IMG/VR virus record: IMGVR_UViG_3300046786_000442
Span: 1-34,249 of that record
Reading direction: 5' to 3' (one strand)
Length of the DNA stretch: 34,249 nt
Origin: a virus
Taxonomy: Duplodnaviria; Caudoviricetes
Shown here: positions 21,101 through 27,574 of the stretch, one piece after another
Layout of the letters: each line of letters starts with the position of its first letter
Numbering within the stretch: position 1 is the stretch's first letter
Translations under genes and position numbers: made by a program
Notes under the pieces: model-generated
Seen by the model: the letters and a program-made list of their open reading frames with translations, nothing else
Told to the model about the DNA's origin: nothing
The model's database searches: none

Positions 21101-22876
21101 GGTCGTGAAGGCCGTCTGGCATGGCAATATCTTGTCACGGGCGACCGGGCCTTCCTTGATCCTTCAATGAACACGGTCCTCAACGACCTGAATTACGACA
21201 GCATTGGAAAGACCGTCTCGCTGGCTGAAAAGATGGCGAAGTCCGACAAGATCATGCAGCGTGTGATGGGCATCTGGATGCGTTCTGTGAGCCGTCTGCT
21301 GACCGCTCTGGACTCGTTCAACAGCGGAGTGACGAAAGCGGGCGCTCTTCCCATCGTTTTCCGCCAGCTTGATCTTAGCGCCGAATCCCTGAAACAGGCG
21401 ACCGAGAAATACAATCTCCAGCTCTACCGAGACAGGGTTATTGAGCGTGATTTCAACGGCAACAAGCCCACCACAGCCCACGACAAGGCATTGGTGGACT
21501 CCTACGCCAAGGCTGAGATGATGGCCGATCTTCAAGAGTTCGGCAAATTCAGCGAAAACGCCGACTTCTTTGGTCAACAAGGCGCGATGACGCTCGATCC
21601 AACTGGAATCGGCGGCTTCATCTACTCTTCCATCAAGTCCCTCACAGGTGGAGCCACCAACCGTGCTGACAAGTTCCTTGCCGAAGCCCAACGCGAATGG
21701 AAGCAGGCTGATGGCGCTGACAAGACGGCCAAAGGGCTTCAGCTTGCATTTGCCTACTTTCTCCAGTTTGGAGCCTACAACAGCGCCAACTTAGCTGGCC
21801 TTCGCTTTGCCCGCTTTGCCGGTAACAAGTTCAACCAAGGATTGAGCTTCATTCCGGGGATTGGGATGCTTCGTATGTATGAGGCGACGGCCAAGGATTC
21901 GAAGATCGAGGCCAAGGACGCCTTCACCGACATGATTATGAGGAATCAAACAGTCGGGCTGCTCTTTGCCATCATTGGTGCTATGGCCCTTAAAGCCATC
22001 ACCGACGAGCCGGACGACGAGAAGCGCGGCTGGTTTATCAATGGCGGATGGGCAAACCTCACACCCGAGCGCAAGCAACAGAAGCTCGCAGCCGGTCAGA
22101 AGGAGTTCACCATCGGCATCGGTGGCAAGGTTTACAACTATCAGAACTGGCCTATCTCGCCCATCTTGGCCGCAATTGGTAGCCTTTCGGACCTGATTCG
22201 CTTCTCGCCCGAACAATGGAATGAGAAGTCCGTCGCCGACCGCCTTGTGTCCGCAGCCGCATCCGGCGTGTTCTCTGCCGGTGAAATTCCCGCCCTTTCC
22301 GGCTTCCAGACCCTTTTCGGCAACAACCTTTCCTCCAAAGACCCCAACGAGAAGCGCCTCGACCGTTTCGCTAAGGTGATGGCTGGATGGGGCGGCGGCT
22401 TCGTGCCCCGCATCCTGAAGGACATCGACTTCATGACCGATCCGGGGCTGCGTAAATACGAGACACTTTGGGAGCAAACAGCCTCCCATATCCCCGTTTA
22501 CCGCCGCCACATCGGCGAGGAATACTACGACATCCTCGGCAAGCAGATTGAACGCAAGGTCTGGCCCGGCTCGCGTGAGTTTATGGAGCTTGAAACCGCC
22601 CCTGAATATCGCACGCTTGGCAAGCTGAACAGCCGTGGCATCTGGCTTACTCCGGCCAATGCCGAGCACCGCATGGTTGGGAAAGGTCGATTCAAACGCA
22701 AACTTACACAGGAAGAGGCTGATGCCTACTCGCTGGAAACCGGCAAGGGATACAGGCAGATGCTTTTGCGCTACGGCAGCAGGCTCGAACAGATGCCGAC
22801 CGAGCGTGCCCGCGCCTTCCTGATGGACAAAGCAGATGAGGTGCGTGACCGTGCGTTGCAAAAGATCACACGATGA
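9122..22876 (+). CDS. Giant polyvalent protein / internal virion ejection protein (4,584 aa)
   Basis: Gly/Ala hydrophobic N-terminal region. Zincin motifs HEFAH (12596), HENGH (15041), HEIQH (15842). LPD23-like TGWF.G.YDGKMRWE...GEIEAR. ART-PolyVal-like DAEYFAAVEAGD..WFHG..FDPNQIKSADPVTYD..IPLSQRF (16358-17097). Second ART-like module ~18300-18945. Helical C-terminal region. Confidence 0.85.
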   Translation: MPKWNEITQTEKYQSLPPEAKAEIKADWFRNNLLPEVERRPSLQEMGADKVFQWFMEQPDDTGQGYVSSMLGSAGRGFGEIVPGTVTGVGALLGSEGIQGAGESLREGLEYIAPVNPIYQDDLAMKGMNVLGNVGSIMATGGIGGAAGRGLAAESIAAAGTQAAKQALARQAIQRGASSALYGTGFAQGAAQKAEENKRLGMEGPEAYLNLIGGGLSEVLPEMLPFGTALETAAARRMLGGVDEAGKVIPGIRMSAAQEALEGGTTRSLSNLSTQLTAPEGVETPGLFEGFGEAALWEGVGGAMFGAINKLGRTPLDKQTPEQKQWQAEINATPVDVAPPITPEENQKNAAEGGIPVVAPDGTVSWMPSVSEAINIQGPQPENAPSDVERRLGGLMSKPSDPGIQIASELATQTSNVEGATETAILAKKQIQQTQDLVDAAIKGMPASPTEPAVQPVKTAEAVEPEVTLNRVEQINSQKQNLDQKAQQLGFANARALNLAKLTSTEVSDQEREVLEEYGNLNKEIKELSWKDAINLPESDFDVWSKTRFTPEIKSDVDLNGMGQLYLTLSGRGEAEKATQVLQKIQSSKRKANWTEAEWSKRFPDDSTSQEELDSLNQQNQEWNDGIDSMLSILQEQTSPEVTPSLPETELQPVVDQEATAVTMVQAAPLSEGAERNRAVIAEAAAKLRGEAPKDLSAGLQAAIPQQTQQENALPVEISNKSLLREERPEMELQGMGEQNAQPEEVATEVSEEEVKRPLRVIIPDGATAFKTGSLSEQLSNLTKEANEAFQVHGAKSFQDVLSLLKGAEGEVQVGKMIPPSNGNPFGQTKTGRPYLVVAKKGESGISDAGTIAGVVINAADDDAPRFANERKTLEKAGVLVWTPREYMQWANAEVASKPQQPITPTKAPTPATEGMLTPGGVGKRDATKVEQMTPEDLVLANKIQDETTAQVGARSTNELRSLEAKMLQNEQGFQDGMDDAQAAFNKISDVLEARDAIDNLSSVSAYLVDAYGITLPEGYVKQGDLYIFKPGATGEPVQAAPSAAQAVKATAPGPVFQRVASEMDTMSLKDLSEYAEQQGIPRKEAVGFARDYIAKWSNQIVDKANGLFGRSIKLGFFPSKISKDGMKIVASGRGLSHKHGIEVDDSQSPLHAAWVAAHEFAHQIFPTAFLPKEASLAKGTHPKGLDDIKSKSKSEKLASDFANWLVSKEYPEHANSIPSIPSGMRDYFESLIQPQTATVATPTETAAPSAKGAAVASVGSNLAGGRSSELPEATPQKAVKSTGKVLEGGSLKRSKPRESIVFKNPIKTPLGDVVGYSWSSQLVEDVDNQGEPILRRISNWDEAANNAETGRDIVHRFLIRKPDGSASEVSLESTLGKMSPNDKKTVKMVISTAKRLPFMRAELAELQALQKQADAEYQRVQKLNPDPSKLELRTPDVNWLAEKGDKVAYLDGVFLGFVESGDLNSKGELSNKARFIYENAWKWRDAQIKTQLTETQKDRIKSLERRIKKAESLLSDQNVTVSAVAIEPTSLAESGPPDAEMKTPSVTTERPAPITNENPSTNQSERESGGNVGVKSTYPSKSATDRSSLGTTGKQIIDAWRSMQGTKIAPGETVVGWDVNNGGRYAFINDRLVKLQQGGKAFTSTYTEATDKDWQDVSDSLDRGAFQVEVRKITGLGGYQKSDSGKTVRVLHQATGRPLQEFLETPDGAAWQKRMDEAVANRGPKTQETQSSTKENARRILDGKIAKLPERARTKIRDAAEQYFNGPIKQDGYPDFSPLTQLPIPSHREAVVKSWQEANPELLQEARKRAASDDRKTKQQEKEDAAHYAATTFKNDREEEAELAKEIKKGEEVRRARRSVIDPAKTNIVYGKVTTANVEAARRQLQNSGEIPNAILTRIYASPEAFLADRSNQRYFPAAYARIMAEPNVEGLYADKTTFVFASNVGVSDLDRGIAEARGISAEQAAARRVIAHENGHRGVDLFEPWELREFRSFVNRTYTTEEIDNLVRLYTEFADWRTNPVSRNEALEEIFQKKFERLVKIPTGGLWDDIVQFLKRVWRRLTGRKGDPTLDNMKDVVRLLRNAMRRAAVPPNSYTTKDGGEVKLSYAGEKAIENLPEERRQFMRDSLETAKAMAAAGKDSEEIRAVTGWFPGKYDGKMRWEVPDDGASLKTTTFYEGRLGDWIEHPELFKAYPQAAEIPVSLKEGLGFGADFIAGGVFNADGSIHINPSTGDVLSVILHEIQHWIQSEEGLPTGSNPILFSDYTNEAQKRANAARDVLDSIGDAVALKYYLKRDADNLGEAKKIFRDEFNREPHPEAGQFARFFSDDEIQAEADRAVERLNKANVTIRRGSAMNQYMKTAGEIEARDVQARQKLTPEQRKATAPYSNENIAPEDAIVMFGGSGAQMSVAPMSEQDAEYFAAVEAGDMEKAQRMVDEAARAAGYDTGWFHGRKTNWTVYDPATDKFGGLYITKDRRAAEAYSRGKWEGSSDNVPEGANVLSLAAKLGNSLKIDTEMEYIKGVPNTSAVDLLKQVVKARNELAKKDGWKTLMGTPVQPIKTIGPEWKMATSRKELWGAMTQLGISGKRMRSILRHLGYDSMSYYGHDGIMDFNDPYYQAAIFDPNQIKSADPVTYDNAGKVIPLSQRFQSTSPDIRFSRVEYENKPSLVINPRASSSYSGRGVASISPSDNSARAQAIREGVSRANWDELSTTQRAKALEEFGLKSISSRYSFDAAILPVRLTNERTDENRPASVYAAEPSPAIAVQFDASGLSNLLSGDAVTAFAAIYDIAQEEVIHTAQHLNSYAKWQDSGVMLPFEEFEVNYYTSMLLEMVQAAGAGLSGGDARVANIIVSAWNLYNPNVPSNDVNQIIGNLVQTKTAPAFTMEIGRQLLQFKRQDFTTETGWMRFVEAMKGYLADAVEALKTSLSLVRSGQAGEMIRREIQDVESILNRLETNPDSILPDAKPSRVEYASDYSAASSAGAQLARDTVYDDRIIKMRDAIRRAYEQSSTEAGVAMPIDELYAKAKELVPEMTESEFGNILQDLYEDNGAVLQEGDIGPILTEEDSRYLKLAEDEEGNREELQAMVISKYKEFVNNHVRIGDNFFPVTYIRFGNPPKDQYGKFINSTGFDGGIRERGVSVIGVWYDPLRKKYVIPSGSEQAVAGISDLVIQNRPAFVVSGKVLEDVGADTEPLMEAGSVRIEKKLDYSELLEENEPNFTLDGEPYDPGQEGTINAYHGGKEKWWKFKGVELPSTRPIVRDSQGNIIPLSKRFGDAPKTSGQINVFTPEGRRAGFAVIMPKRAVASRVETEGEAVDEYKKKIEAINSNSLNAFFGGVQMKGASPQVRTVKPSKSYEQASIDLANDLTKDGTPIEDIAESLFSDEFLQGLGIKLDIPALVSLIAEVKNRVSNQSRDEKVPGARRIKLQKLDRKLAGYWQDLGTNSGRSQGIRSYIKSNPRYSWMFIFDRANENLEKEGKLAATRVASDLPQTADNLQKTDAKVGEDAGEQAADEFEESEDEALLREGESALDSDRRGIWERIKDVLRKLGIVARAKRSRVANAAKASISKEERDAISQMSDAELAKLESDLLSEFDRLSEAFFKGGTEQQKATREKMVATAKKRAEQGKSIEPKQSAAKEKLSGAERTAQNILKDLSERYADPNIYTDAKRAKINEMRELYKKRVKQGVGPEQMSEQDFVSKAVSLGANKLTAETLWKAAELEIEAREAMRQEEVLGKITLEKLQREISALRPGEQTPFSKQIPWRKLLSQKASTVETYRQRIFDTISSEESLSDLDEAQKAKLADLLTQAWESKRKAILDRMVDNVISQEQAAGRLTKEGADALRSQRQKLVEDINLGILDEDRLMKHLADKFGIKSEFTEAERANIDRLLDILQDDKLNEVKRNKAAYELLEALSSATKIPIAKLLADYWVSSVLSGVNTATSIALAVASGAYELTSGAFRVLRTGFTNPKELPAEIAASFKAMAEFLKAFGREGRLAWQYLVTGDRAFLDPSMNTVLNDLNYDSIGKTVSLAEKMAKSDKIMQRVMGIWMRSVSRLLTALDSFNSGVTKAGALPIVFRQLDLSAESLKQATEKYNLQLYRDRVIERDFNGNKPTTAHDKALVDSYAKAEMMADLQEFGKFSENADFFGQQGAMTLDPTGIGGFIYSSIKSLTGGATNRADKFLAEAQREWKQADGADKTAKGLQLAFAYFLQFGAYNSANLAGLRFARFAGNKFNQGLSFIPGIGMLRMYEATAKDSKIEAKDAFTDMIMRNQTVGLLFAIIGAMALKAITDEPDDEKRGWFINGGWANLTPERKQQKLAAGQKEFTIGIGGKVYNYQNWPISPILAAIGSLSDLIRFSPEQWNEKSVADRLVSAAASGVFSAGEIPALSGFQTLFGNNLSSKDPNEKRLDRFAKVMAGWGGGFVPRILKDIDFMTDPGLRKYETLWEQTASHIPVYRRHIGEEYYDILGKQIERKVWPGSREFMELETAPEYRTLGKLNSRGIWLTPANAEHRMVGKGRFKRKLTQEEADAYSLETGKGYRQMLLRYGSRLEQMPTERARAFLMDKADEVRDRALQKITR

Positions 22877-23505
22877 AGACAATTGTTCGCACCATCGAAA
22901 TCCCGAAGTTCACCAAAGGGCGCATCCAAGCCCTGTTTCCGGGCTACTTGCTCATTGGCGACCCGTATGGCTGGTTCTACCCCATTGAGCAGACCAAGGT
23001 AGTCGTTGTCAGCTATGGATGGCCCAGCTTGATTGAGGCTGTGAAAGCCCACATGAAAGGAAACGGCATCGAAGAACCGCTGACCTTGGAGCTTCAGATG
23101 GCTGATTTTATGTGTCAGCATGTGCCGGAATGGTGCGAGGCCATCAGCTCCGAAAAAGAGGCCAAGGTGTCCGCGTGGAAGATGATGAAGTCGTTCTACC
23201 GCGCCGTAGAGGCAACGTGGCATGAGGGCCAAGTCAGCCAAGAGGAGGCGGATAGGCGTGCGGCTATTTGCGCTCAGTGTCCGAAGAATGTCGATCAGCA
23301 GGTTAACTTTTGCATAGGCTGCTACGCCAGAAGCCTAGTTTCCAAGGTGAATGACTTGCTCGGCAGCAAGCGAACGAGTCACGATGCGCAGTTGAAGACG
23401 TGCTCCGCGTGCGGCTGCGATTTGAAGCTCAAAACTTGGATGGCTAAGTCAGGCATGACTGATGCGTCTATTCAGTGGGCTGAGGGGTGCTGGATGCGGG
23501 AGTGA
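22873..23505 (+). CDS. Cys-rich putative zinc-binding protein
   Basis: R.AICAQCP..CIGC..CSACGCDLKLK..CW. ATGA overlap with the giant gene. Confidence 0.7.
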   Translation: MKTIVRTIEIPKFTKGRIQALFPGYLLIGDPYGWFYPIEQTKVVVVSYGWPSLIEAVKAHMKGNGIEEPLTLELQMADFMCQHVPEWCEAISSEKEAKVSAWKMMKSFYRAVEATWHEGQVSQEEADRRAAICAQCPKNVDQQVNFCIGCYARSLVSKVNDLLGSKRTSHDAQLKTCSACGCDLKLKTWMAKSGMTDASIQWAEGCWMRE

Positions 23506-23511
23506 GTTTTA

Positions 23512-24117
23512 TCAAATGTGCTTCCAGTAATCTCTTTTCAAGATTTTAAAAATGGTTGATCTTGTCACGTCAAATTGCTTCGCTAGTTGCCTTTGTGCGA
23601 ATTGACCTGTTTTGGAAAGCCTACGAATTTCCAAAACATCTTTCTCGGTCAATTTTGACTTGTGATGAAGCTCTCCTCGGGTTGGATTTGTTGGTCCGCA
23701 TTTTGCAGCCCTTCCTTTGGCTGACATATCAGCGCCATTGCTGTGAATATCACCCAAAAACAAATGGGATGGATTAACACATGAAGGATTGTCGCATTTA
23801 TGGCATACAAAAAATTCTGGAGCAATATCTCCATATTCAAGGCAAAATGAAACCCTTTGAGCTTTGAGCGTTTTATTAAAACAAGGGAATGCTCCGTAGC
23901 CTTTTTGGAATTTTCCAGCGGTCCATATCCAGCATTCTCCAAGATCATTCCGAATCTGTGGACCGTTCTTGTTTACTCTTGACCAAAATCTTTTTTGGTC
24001 GGCCTCCGAGAAGTCCATTTTTTTGAGCGGCAATCCTTTTCTTATCACTCTTAGATCGACCACCTTTGAGTCCGCCAAGTTTGCCGAGGGCAATTGCGTG
24101 CTTGTTTTTGGGTTCAT
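23512..24117 (-). CDS. HNH homing endonuclease with C-terminal HTH
   Basis: RFWSRV..CWIW..GYG..VCHKCDNPSCVNPSHL..N..DM; KLTEKDVLEIR..QRQLAKQFDV. AT-rich. Own promoter TTGACG-N16-TAGGAT, 6 nt before ATG. Confidence 0.9.
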   Translation of the reverse strand: MNPKTSTQLPSANLADSKVVDLRVIRKGLPLKKMDFSEADQKRFWSRVNKNGPQIRNDLGECWIWTAGKFQKGYGAFPCFNKTLKAQRVSFCLEYGDIAPEFFVCHKCDNPSCVNPSHLFLGDIHSNGADMSAKGRAAKCGPTNPTRGELHHKSKLTEKDVLEIRRLSKTGQFAQRQLAKQFDVTRSTIFKILKRDYWKHI

Positions 24118-24176
24118 TCATACATCCTAATTCGCTTTGGGTTTACGTCAACCATTATTTGAACAACAAGTCATAC

Positions 24177-24398
24177 TCAAAGGCTGGCGAGGAGTTCTTG
24201 TTTAGATGGGAAGAGGGTGGATTCAGGGCGTTCAACGTGGTCTAGGTTGCCGGTGGGAAGTTTCTTCACCTTGTAAGTGATCGTCTCGGCGCACTCGCTG
24301 GCGAACGTTTGAACGATTCCAACATTGGCGAGAACTGGACGATTGTTGTCCATAAACCATACTTCGTCTCCAATGCTGTATTTGGTGGTGATGGTCAT
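24177..24398 (-). CDS. Small hypothetical phage protein (TKYSIGDEVWF, SH3-like)
   Basis: ATG 24398 overlaps the upstream TGA. Common phage motif TKY.IGD.VW...LF.SK.EL..SL. Confidence 0.7.
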   Translation of the reverse strand: MTITTKYSIGDEVWFMDNNRPVLANVGIVQTFASECAETITYKVKKLPTGNLDHVERPESTLFPSKQELLASL

Positions 24399-24679
24399 AG
24401 GTGTTTTTTGACGTATTCTTCGGCTTCTTTCTTGGCGATTTCCTCCGTAGCAACGGGAGAGTTGCATGAATTGTAGTGCGGGACGCCGCTGCCCCATCCG
24501 GCTACCCAATACCAACCCCTAAAGGGCCGCCATCCACCGCCAAGAGCATCAACTGTCGCATACCGGATCGTTCCATCGTGGTAAACATAGCCACGCGGGC
24601 CAGCGCCAACAGCAGCAAGGCCTTTTTCGTGAGGGTTTTTCTTCCAGCGTAGTTTTGGCTTCTTGGTTTTATCGCTCAT
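24395..24679 (-). CDS. Hypothetical protein
   Basis: 94 aa, preceded by TTGACA-N17-TAAGGT. Confidence 0.7.
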   Translation of the reverse strand: MSDKTKKPKLRWKKNPHEKGLAAVGAGPRGYVYHDGTIRYATVDALGGGWRPFRGWYWVAGWGSGVPHYNSCNSPVATEEIAKKEAEEYVKKHL

Positions 24680-24689
24680 ATCGAATCCA

Positions 24690-24718
24690 ACCTTACGTTA
24701 ATTGGTGGATGGTGTCAA
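24690..24718 (-). promoter_or_regulatory. sigma70 promoter containing the AATTAACGTAAGG box
   Basis: Consensus -35 TTGACA, 17-nt spacer, TAAGGT, 10 nt to ATG. Confidence 0.7.
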
Positions 24719-26082
24719 GACTCTTCAGTTCCTCTCGGTTCAAATCGGAAGTAGCGCATGTTGGCACGAAGCGGAACCCTCTTTCGCCGCTGGCCGTTGC
24801 GGGTCTTTTTCAGGAACAGGTCACGATCATCGGTTGGTTCGTCTTCCTTCTTTTTCTGCCACGGCTTCTTTGGCTCCTTGTCCTCGACATCGACGATCAT
24901 CCAGAAATTGTCTGCATCCTGCTCGATGGCTCGGGACTCTCGGGCCTCGTTGGCGTCATTAAGCTGTGATGGCATTAGGAAACAAGCCCCGGTGGCCTTG
25001 GCGCACTGTTTGGCTGTTTTTGTGATGTGGGCCACCTCACGTTCCCGGTTCGCGGTGTTTTCAGCCGTCGAGCAAATCTGAATATAGTCGATCACGACAA
25101 TGTATTTCTGACCCGGTTTCCGCTGTTTCGAGCGTCGGATCACAGCGCGGCAAATCTTCTCGATGGTTAGGTTTGCTGAATCAATCACCCGCAACCCCCA
25201 CTGCGCCACCTTCGCCATCTTGGCGGTCAGGCTCATTTGCTCACCTCGGGTAAGCATCCCCAGCTTCATGTTTTGGGCGTCAACCCCTGCCTGAGAGCAC
25301 AGAAGGCGAGTCACCTCCTGAATATCCGTCATTTCCACGGTGAAGATGTCGCAAAGATGGTCGTTGAGGCAGGCATTCTCGACAATCTGGCGGCAAAGGG
25401 CCGATTTACCCTCTGATGGCTTGGCGGCGATGACGGTAAGGGTGCCATCCTCCAAACCGCCTGAATACTCGTCAAGTTTGAGAAAGCCAGTCGAGACGCC
25501 GGGAATCCTTCCGGGGTTCTTTGCCCGATCCTCCATTTGGTCAACAACCGCGTGAATGATGTCGGGGAGTGGCCGAAATTCTACATCGGGGCTTCCGTCA
25601 TCAAGGATGGCCTCATTTACAGCCTTTTGGACCCCTCCGAGTATGTCCATAGCGGAAACGTCCTCCGACTCGTTAAATCGCCTTATAGCGTGTATTCCGG
25701 CGGCACAAGCATGAATCATGCAACGGAACTGGTAGTTCCTTTTCAGAATCTCTGAATAGTATGAAAAATGAGATTGAAGGATGGCGAACGAGTAAAGGTC
25801 GGAGATATAATGAGGCCCGCCAACTTCGTCCAGCTTGCCCATCTCTCGGAAAACGTGCGTAATTGCCATCACGTCCACTGGGAGCCCTTTGTTGAACTGG
25901 TTGATGATCGTGGCGTAAATCAGACGGCGCGATGGATGGTAGAACTGCTCGGCAGGAGGGGCTTGTTCGCACCAGTTGGGGTTGAAGAATAGACACGAAA
26001 TCATGCCTTCCTCGGCCTCCTTTGAGGCTGGAAGAGGGGCGTTTAGCGTGGCGAGGAGTTCTTCGGTGGTGAGGTCTGTCAT
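24715..26082 (-). CDS. dnaB: Replicative DNA helicase, DnaB family
   Basis: N-terminal P.S.EAE..+I..FY...IY; STGF..LD...GG; Walker A AKPSEGKS; VVIDYIQ; SQLN; SRAIEQDAD; K.RNG. Confidence 0.95.
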   Translation of the reverse strand: MTDLTTEELLATLNAPLPASKEAEEGMISCLFFNPNWCEQAPPAEQFYHPSRRLIYATIINQFNKGLPVDVMAITHVFREMGKLDEVGGPHYISDLYSFAILQSHFSYYSEILKRNYQFRCMIHACAAGIHAIRRFNESEDVSAMDILGGVQKAVNEAILDDGSPDVEFRPLPDIIHAVVDQMEDRAKNPGRIPGVSTGFLKLDEYSGGLEDGTLTVIAAKPSEGKSALCRQIVENACLNDHLCDIFTVEMTDIQEVTRLLCSQAGVDAQNMKLGMLTRGEQMSLTAKMAKVAQWGLRVIDSANLTIEKICRAVIRRSKQRKPGQKYIVVIDYIQICSTAENTANREREVAHITKTAKQCAKATGACFLMPSQLNDANEARESRAIEQDADNFWMIVDVEDKEPKKPWQKKKEDEPTDDRDLFLKKTRNGQRRKRVPLRANMRYFRFEPRGTEES

Positions 26083-26813
26083 TTCTTCCCTTCCTGATAG
26101 TTGATTGCCCTGTCGATTTCGCCCTGCCAGTTGTTGAGAAGCGTCCCAAGGTCTTTACGGAGGTATGGAGAGCCTGACTGCGTGTATAGCCATTTCAACG
26201 CCTCCCACTCCTCGTCTTTGAATTGGAAGTGGGATGATATTTCCTTCCAAGCTCGCATTTCCTTTTTCGACCAAACAGTAGATGGTCTGCGATTGAACCA
26301 AGACGCCACTTCTAGCATTTCGGGTGTTGGATTCCAAGATGGGCCTCCAAACAAATCCCCATTATTAGATTCTTCTGCTTCTTCTTCTTCCTTCTGCATG
26401 GCATTACCCGCGTTTCGTAACGCGTTACTGTCGTTACATGCCATTACAGCCTTCTTAGCTCGGTGTCTCTGAACCCGAATCCGAGTGGCCTCTCGGAGTT
26501 GCTCGGCATCACGCATGGCACGATACATCTCGTAGTTGAGGATTTTCCAACCGTAGCCATGTCCTTCAAGTCGCTCAATTCGACGGCCTTCGTGGTCTGG
26601 AGTCTTGGAGCGTGGGTCGGGCGATGAAAGCTCTTTTAGCCCCCATTCAACCTCATCAACGGTCGCCCCAATGCGTCTAGCAATGGCTGTGTCTGTCATC
26701 ATCACATTCCCTGAAGCGTCGGCGCAGAGAAGCAGGTCAGTGAAGAAATGACGCAGCTTGCGATTATCTGCGATGGATGAGTCTAGGATTTGAGAGAAGA
26801 GTTTAACAAACAT
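26079..26813 (-). CDS. Phage replication initiator (replisome-organiser type)
   Basis: MFVKLFSQILDSSI, wHTH-like region, ILNYEMYR..RIRVQRHR, iteron-like repeats. Coupled to dnaB. ATG 26813 is preferred because it lies 6 nt after a -10 box. Confidence 0.75.
   Translation of the reverse strand: MFVKLFSQILDSSIADNRKLRHFFTDLLLCADASGNVMMTDTAIARRIGATVDEVEWGLKELSSPDPRSKTPDHEGRRIERLEGHGYGWKILNYEMYRAMRDAEQLREATRIRVQRHRAKKAVMACNDSNALRNAGNAMQKEEEEAEESNNGDLFGGPSWNPTPEMLEVASWFNRRPSTVWSKKEMRAWKEISSHFQFKDEEWEALKWLYTQSGSPYLRKDLGTLLNNWQGEIDRAINYQEGKK
26402..26447. repeat. Iteron-like cluster (probable origin) inside the initiator gene
   Basis: CATTAC, CGTTTC, palindrome GTAACGCGTTAC (26417-26428), CGTTAC, CATTAC. 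Confidence 0.5.
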
Positions 26814-26819
26814 ACCATT

Positions 26820-26848
26820 CTTGTATCGTGGTGTAACGTTACAGTCAA
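26820..26848 (-). promoter_or_regulatory. Initiator promoter with palindromic operator
   Basis: TTGACT-N17-TACAAG. Perfect palindrome TGTAACGTTACA at 26832-26843. Confidence 0.55.
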
Positions 26849-26871
26849 TTACATTGTTCATATTTTGCCAT

Positions 26872-27023
26872 AAAAAGGCCTCCCCCTACGTTAGCAGGGG
26901 TGGAAACCGTATGCGGCGGCCCTGCTAGGTAGGAGGAGTTTTAAAGTTTGCATAATGTATTGGAGGCCCGTTTCCACGCAGGTATCTCCATTGTCCCTAT
27001 ACAACAGCGCAAAACGCTGTCAA
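26872..27023 (-). promoter_or_regulatory. Promoter plus two-hairpin attenuator-like leader
   Basis: TTGACA(27023)-N16-TATAGG. Hairpin TGGAG..GTGGAAAC..CTCCA. Long hairpin CTCCTCCTAC/TAGCAGGG carrying GTTTCCAC in its loop, then TTTTT. Confidence 0.55.
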
Positions 27024-27033
27024 ACCTGAGGCT

Positions 27034-27180
27034 TCATCGCCTGCTAAAACTGCTCATCGCAAATATTGCCATCAATATAAAGTAGAAGCTCCACAGGACA
27101 ACCGTGGCGTCAATCTCAACAGGCTTATCAGGTTCCGGCTGGCTACCCGGATATTCATGCCAGAATGCTAGTGTTTTCAT
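27034..27180 (-). CDS. Small membrane protein (48 aa)
   Basis: MKTLAFWHEYP...VVLWSFYFILMAIFAMSSFSRR. Below the ORF-track cutoff; fills the operon gap. Confidence 0.45.
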   Translation of the reverse strand: MKTLAFWHEYPGSQPEPDKPVEIDATVVLWSFYFILMAIFAMSSFSRR

Positions 27181-27185
27181 ATAGT

Positions 27186-27347
27186 TCATCCAGCCACAAA
27201 CTTAATCAGAGCCACAACAACGAGCACGCCAAGCGCCAGCCATCCAAGCGCCATAGCGCCTACGACTAGGCAGCTTCCGGCCATGATGGCCTTTTCGGTT
27301 TTATCGACGGGTGGTTGTTCGGGGTAGTTGGATTCAGTTTTGTTCAT
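27186..27347 (-). CDS. Small membrane protein (53 aa)
   Basis: MNKTESNYPEQPP...CLVVGAMALGWLALGVLVVVALIKFVAG. Overlaps the upstream gene end. Confidence 0.55.
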   Translation of the reverse strand: MNKTESNYPEQPPVDKTEKAIMAGSCLVVGAMALGWLALGVLVVVALIKFVAG

Positions 27348-27573
27348 ATTGTTCGTCTCCTATCGTTGAGAAAATCTCCACCATTTCATCGAGTTCGTCA
27401 ACGGCGGCGTCCCAAATATGATCGCGGTGGATTGGGTGGTAGCTGGAAATTTGATGGGCCAGCAGGTCGATGAGGATTTTCGTCACCTCCTCCTTGTCGG
27501 CCTTGGTAACTGACAGCGTGGATGCCAGACGGTGCGCTAGGCGATGGGCTGGCGAGGCTTTGGTGTTGGGCAT
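27334..27573 (-). CDS. Hypothetical protein
   Basis: 79 aa, 1 nt from the upstream stop. Confidence 0.65.
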   Translation of the reverse strand: MPNTKASPAHRLAHRLASTLSVTKADKEEVTKILIDLLAHQISSYHPIHRDHIWDAAVDELDEMVEIFSTIGDEQYEQN

Positions 27574-27574
27574 G

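Noticed and set aside
9122-22876. Giant ORF as tape-measure protein or virion RNA polymerase
   Set aside because: No periodic tape-measure repeats and no recognisable polymerase motifs. The domain content fits a polyvalent protein.
21791-22882. 363-aa antisense ORF
   Set aside because: Codon-bias shadow of the giant gene's C-terminus.
24689-24695. TAAGG(T) as a Shine-Dalgarno
   Set aside because: In four cases it lies exactly 17 nt after a TTGnnA hexamer, so it is better explained as a -10 box. A dual role cannot be excluded.
27229-27252. Direct repeat CCAAGCGCCA as a possible frameshift site
   Set aside because: The copies are 15 nt apart and in frame (ALG-WL-ALG), so the ORF is intact.
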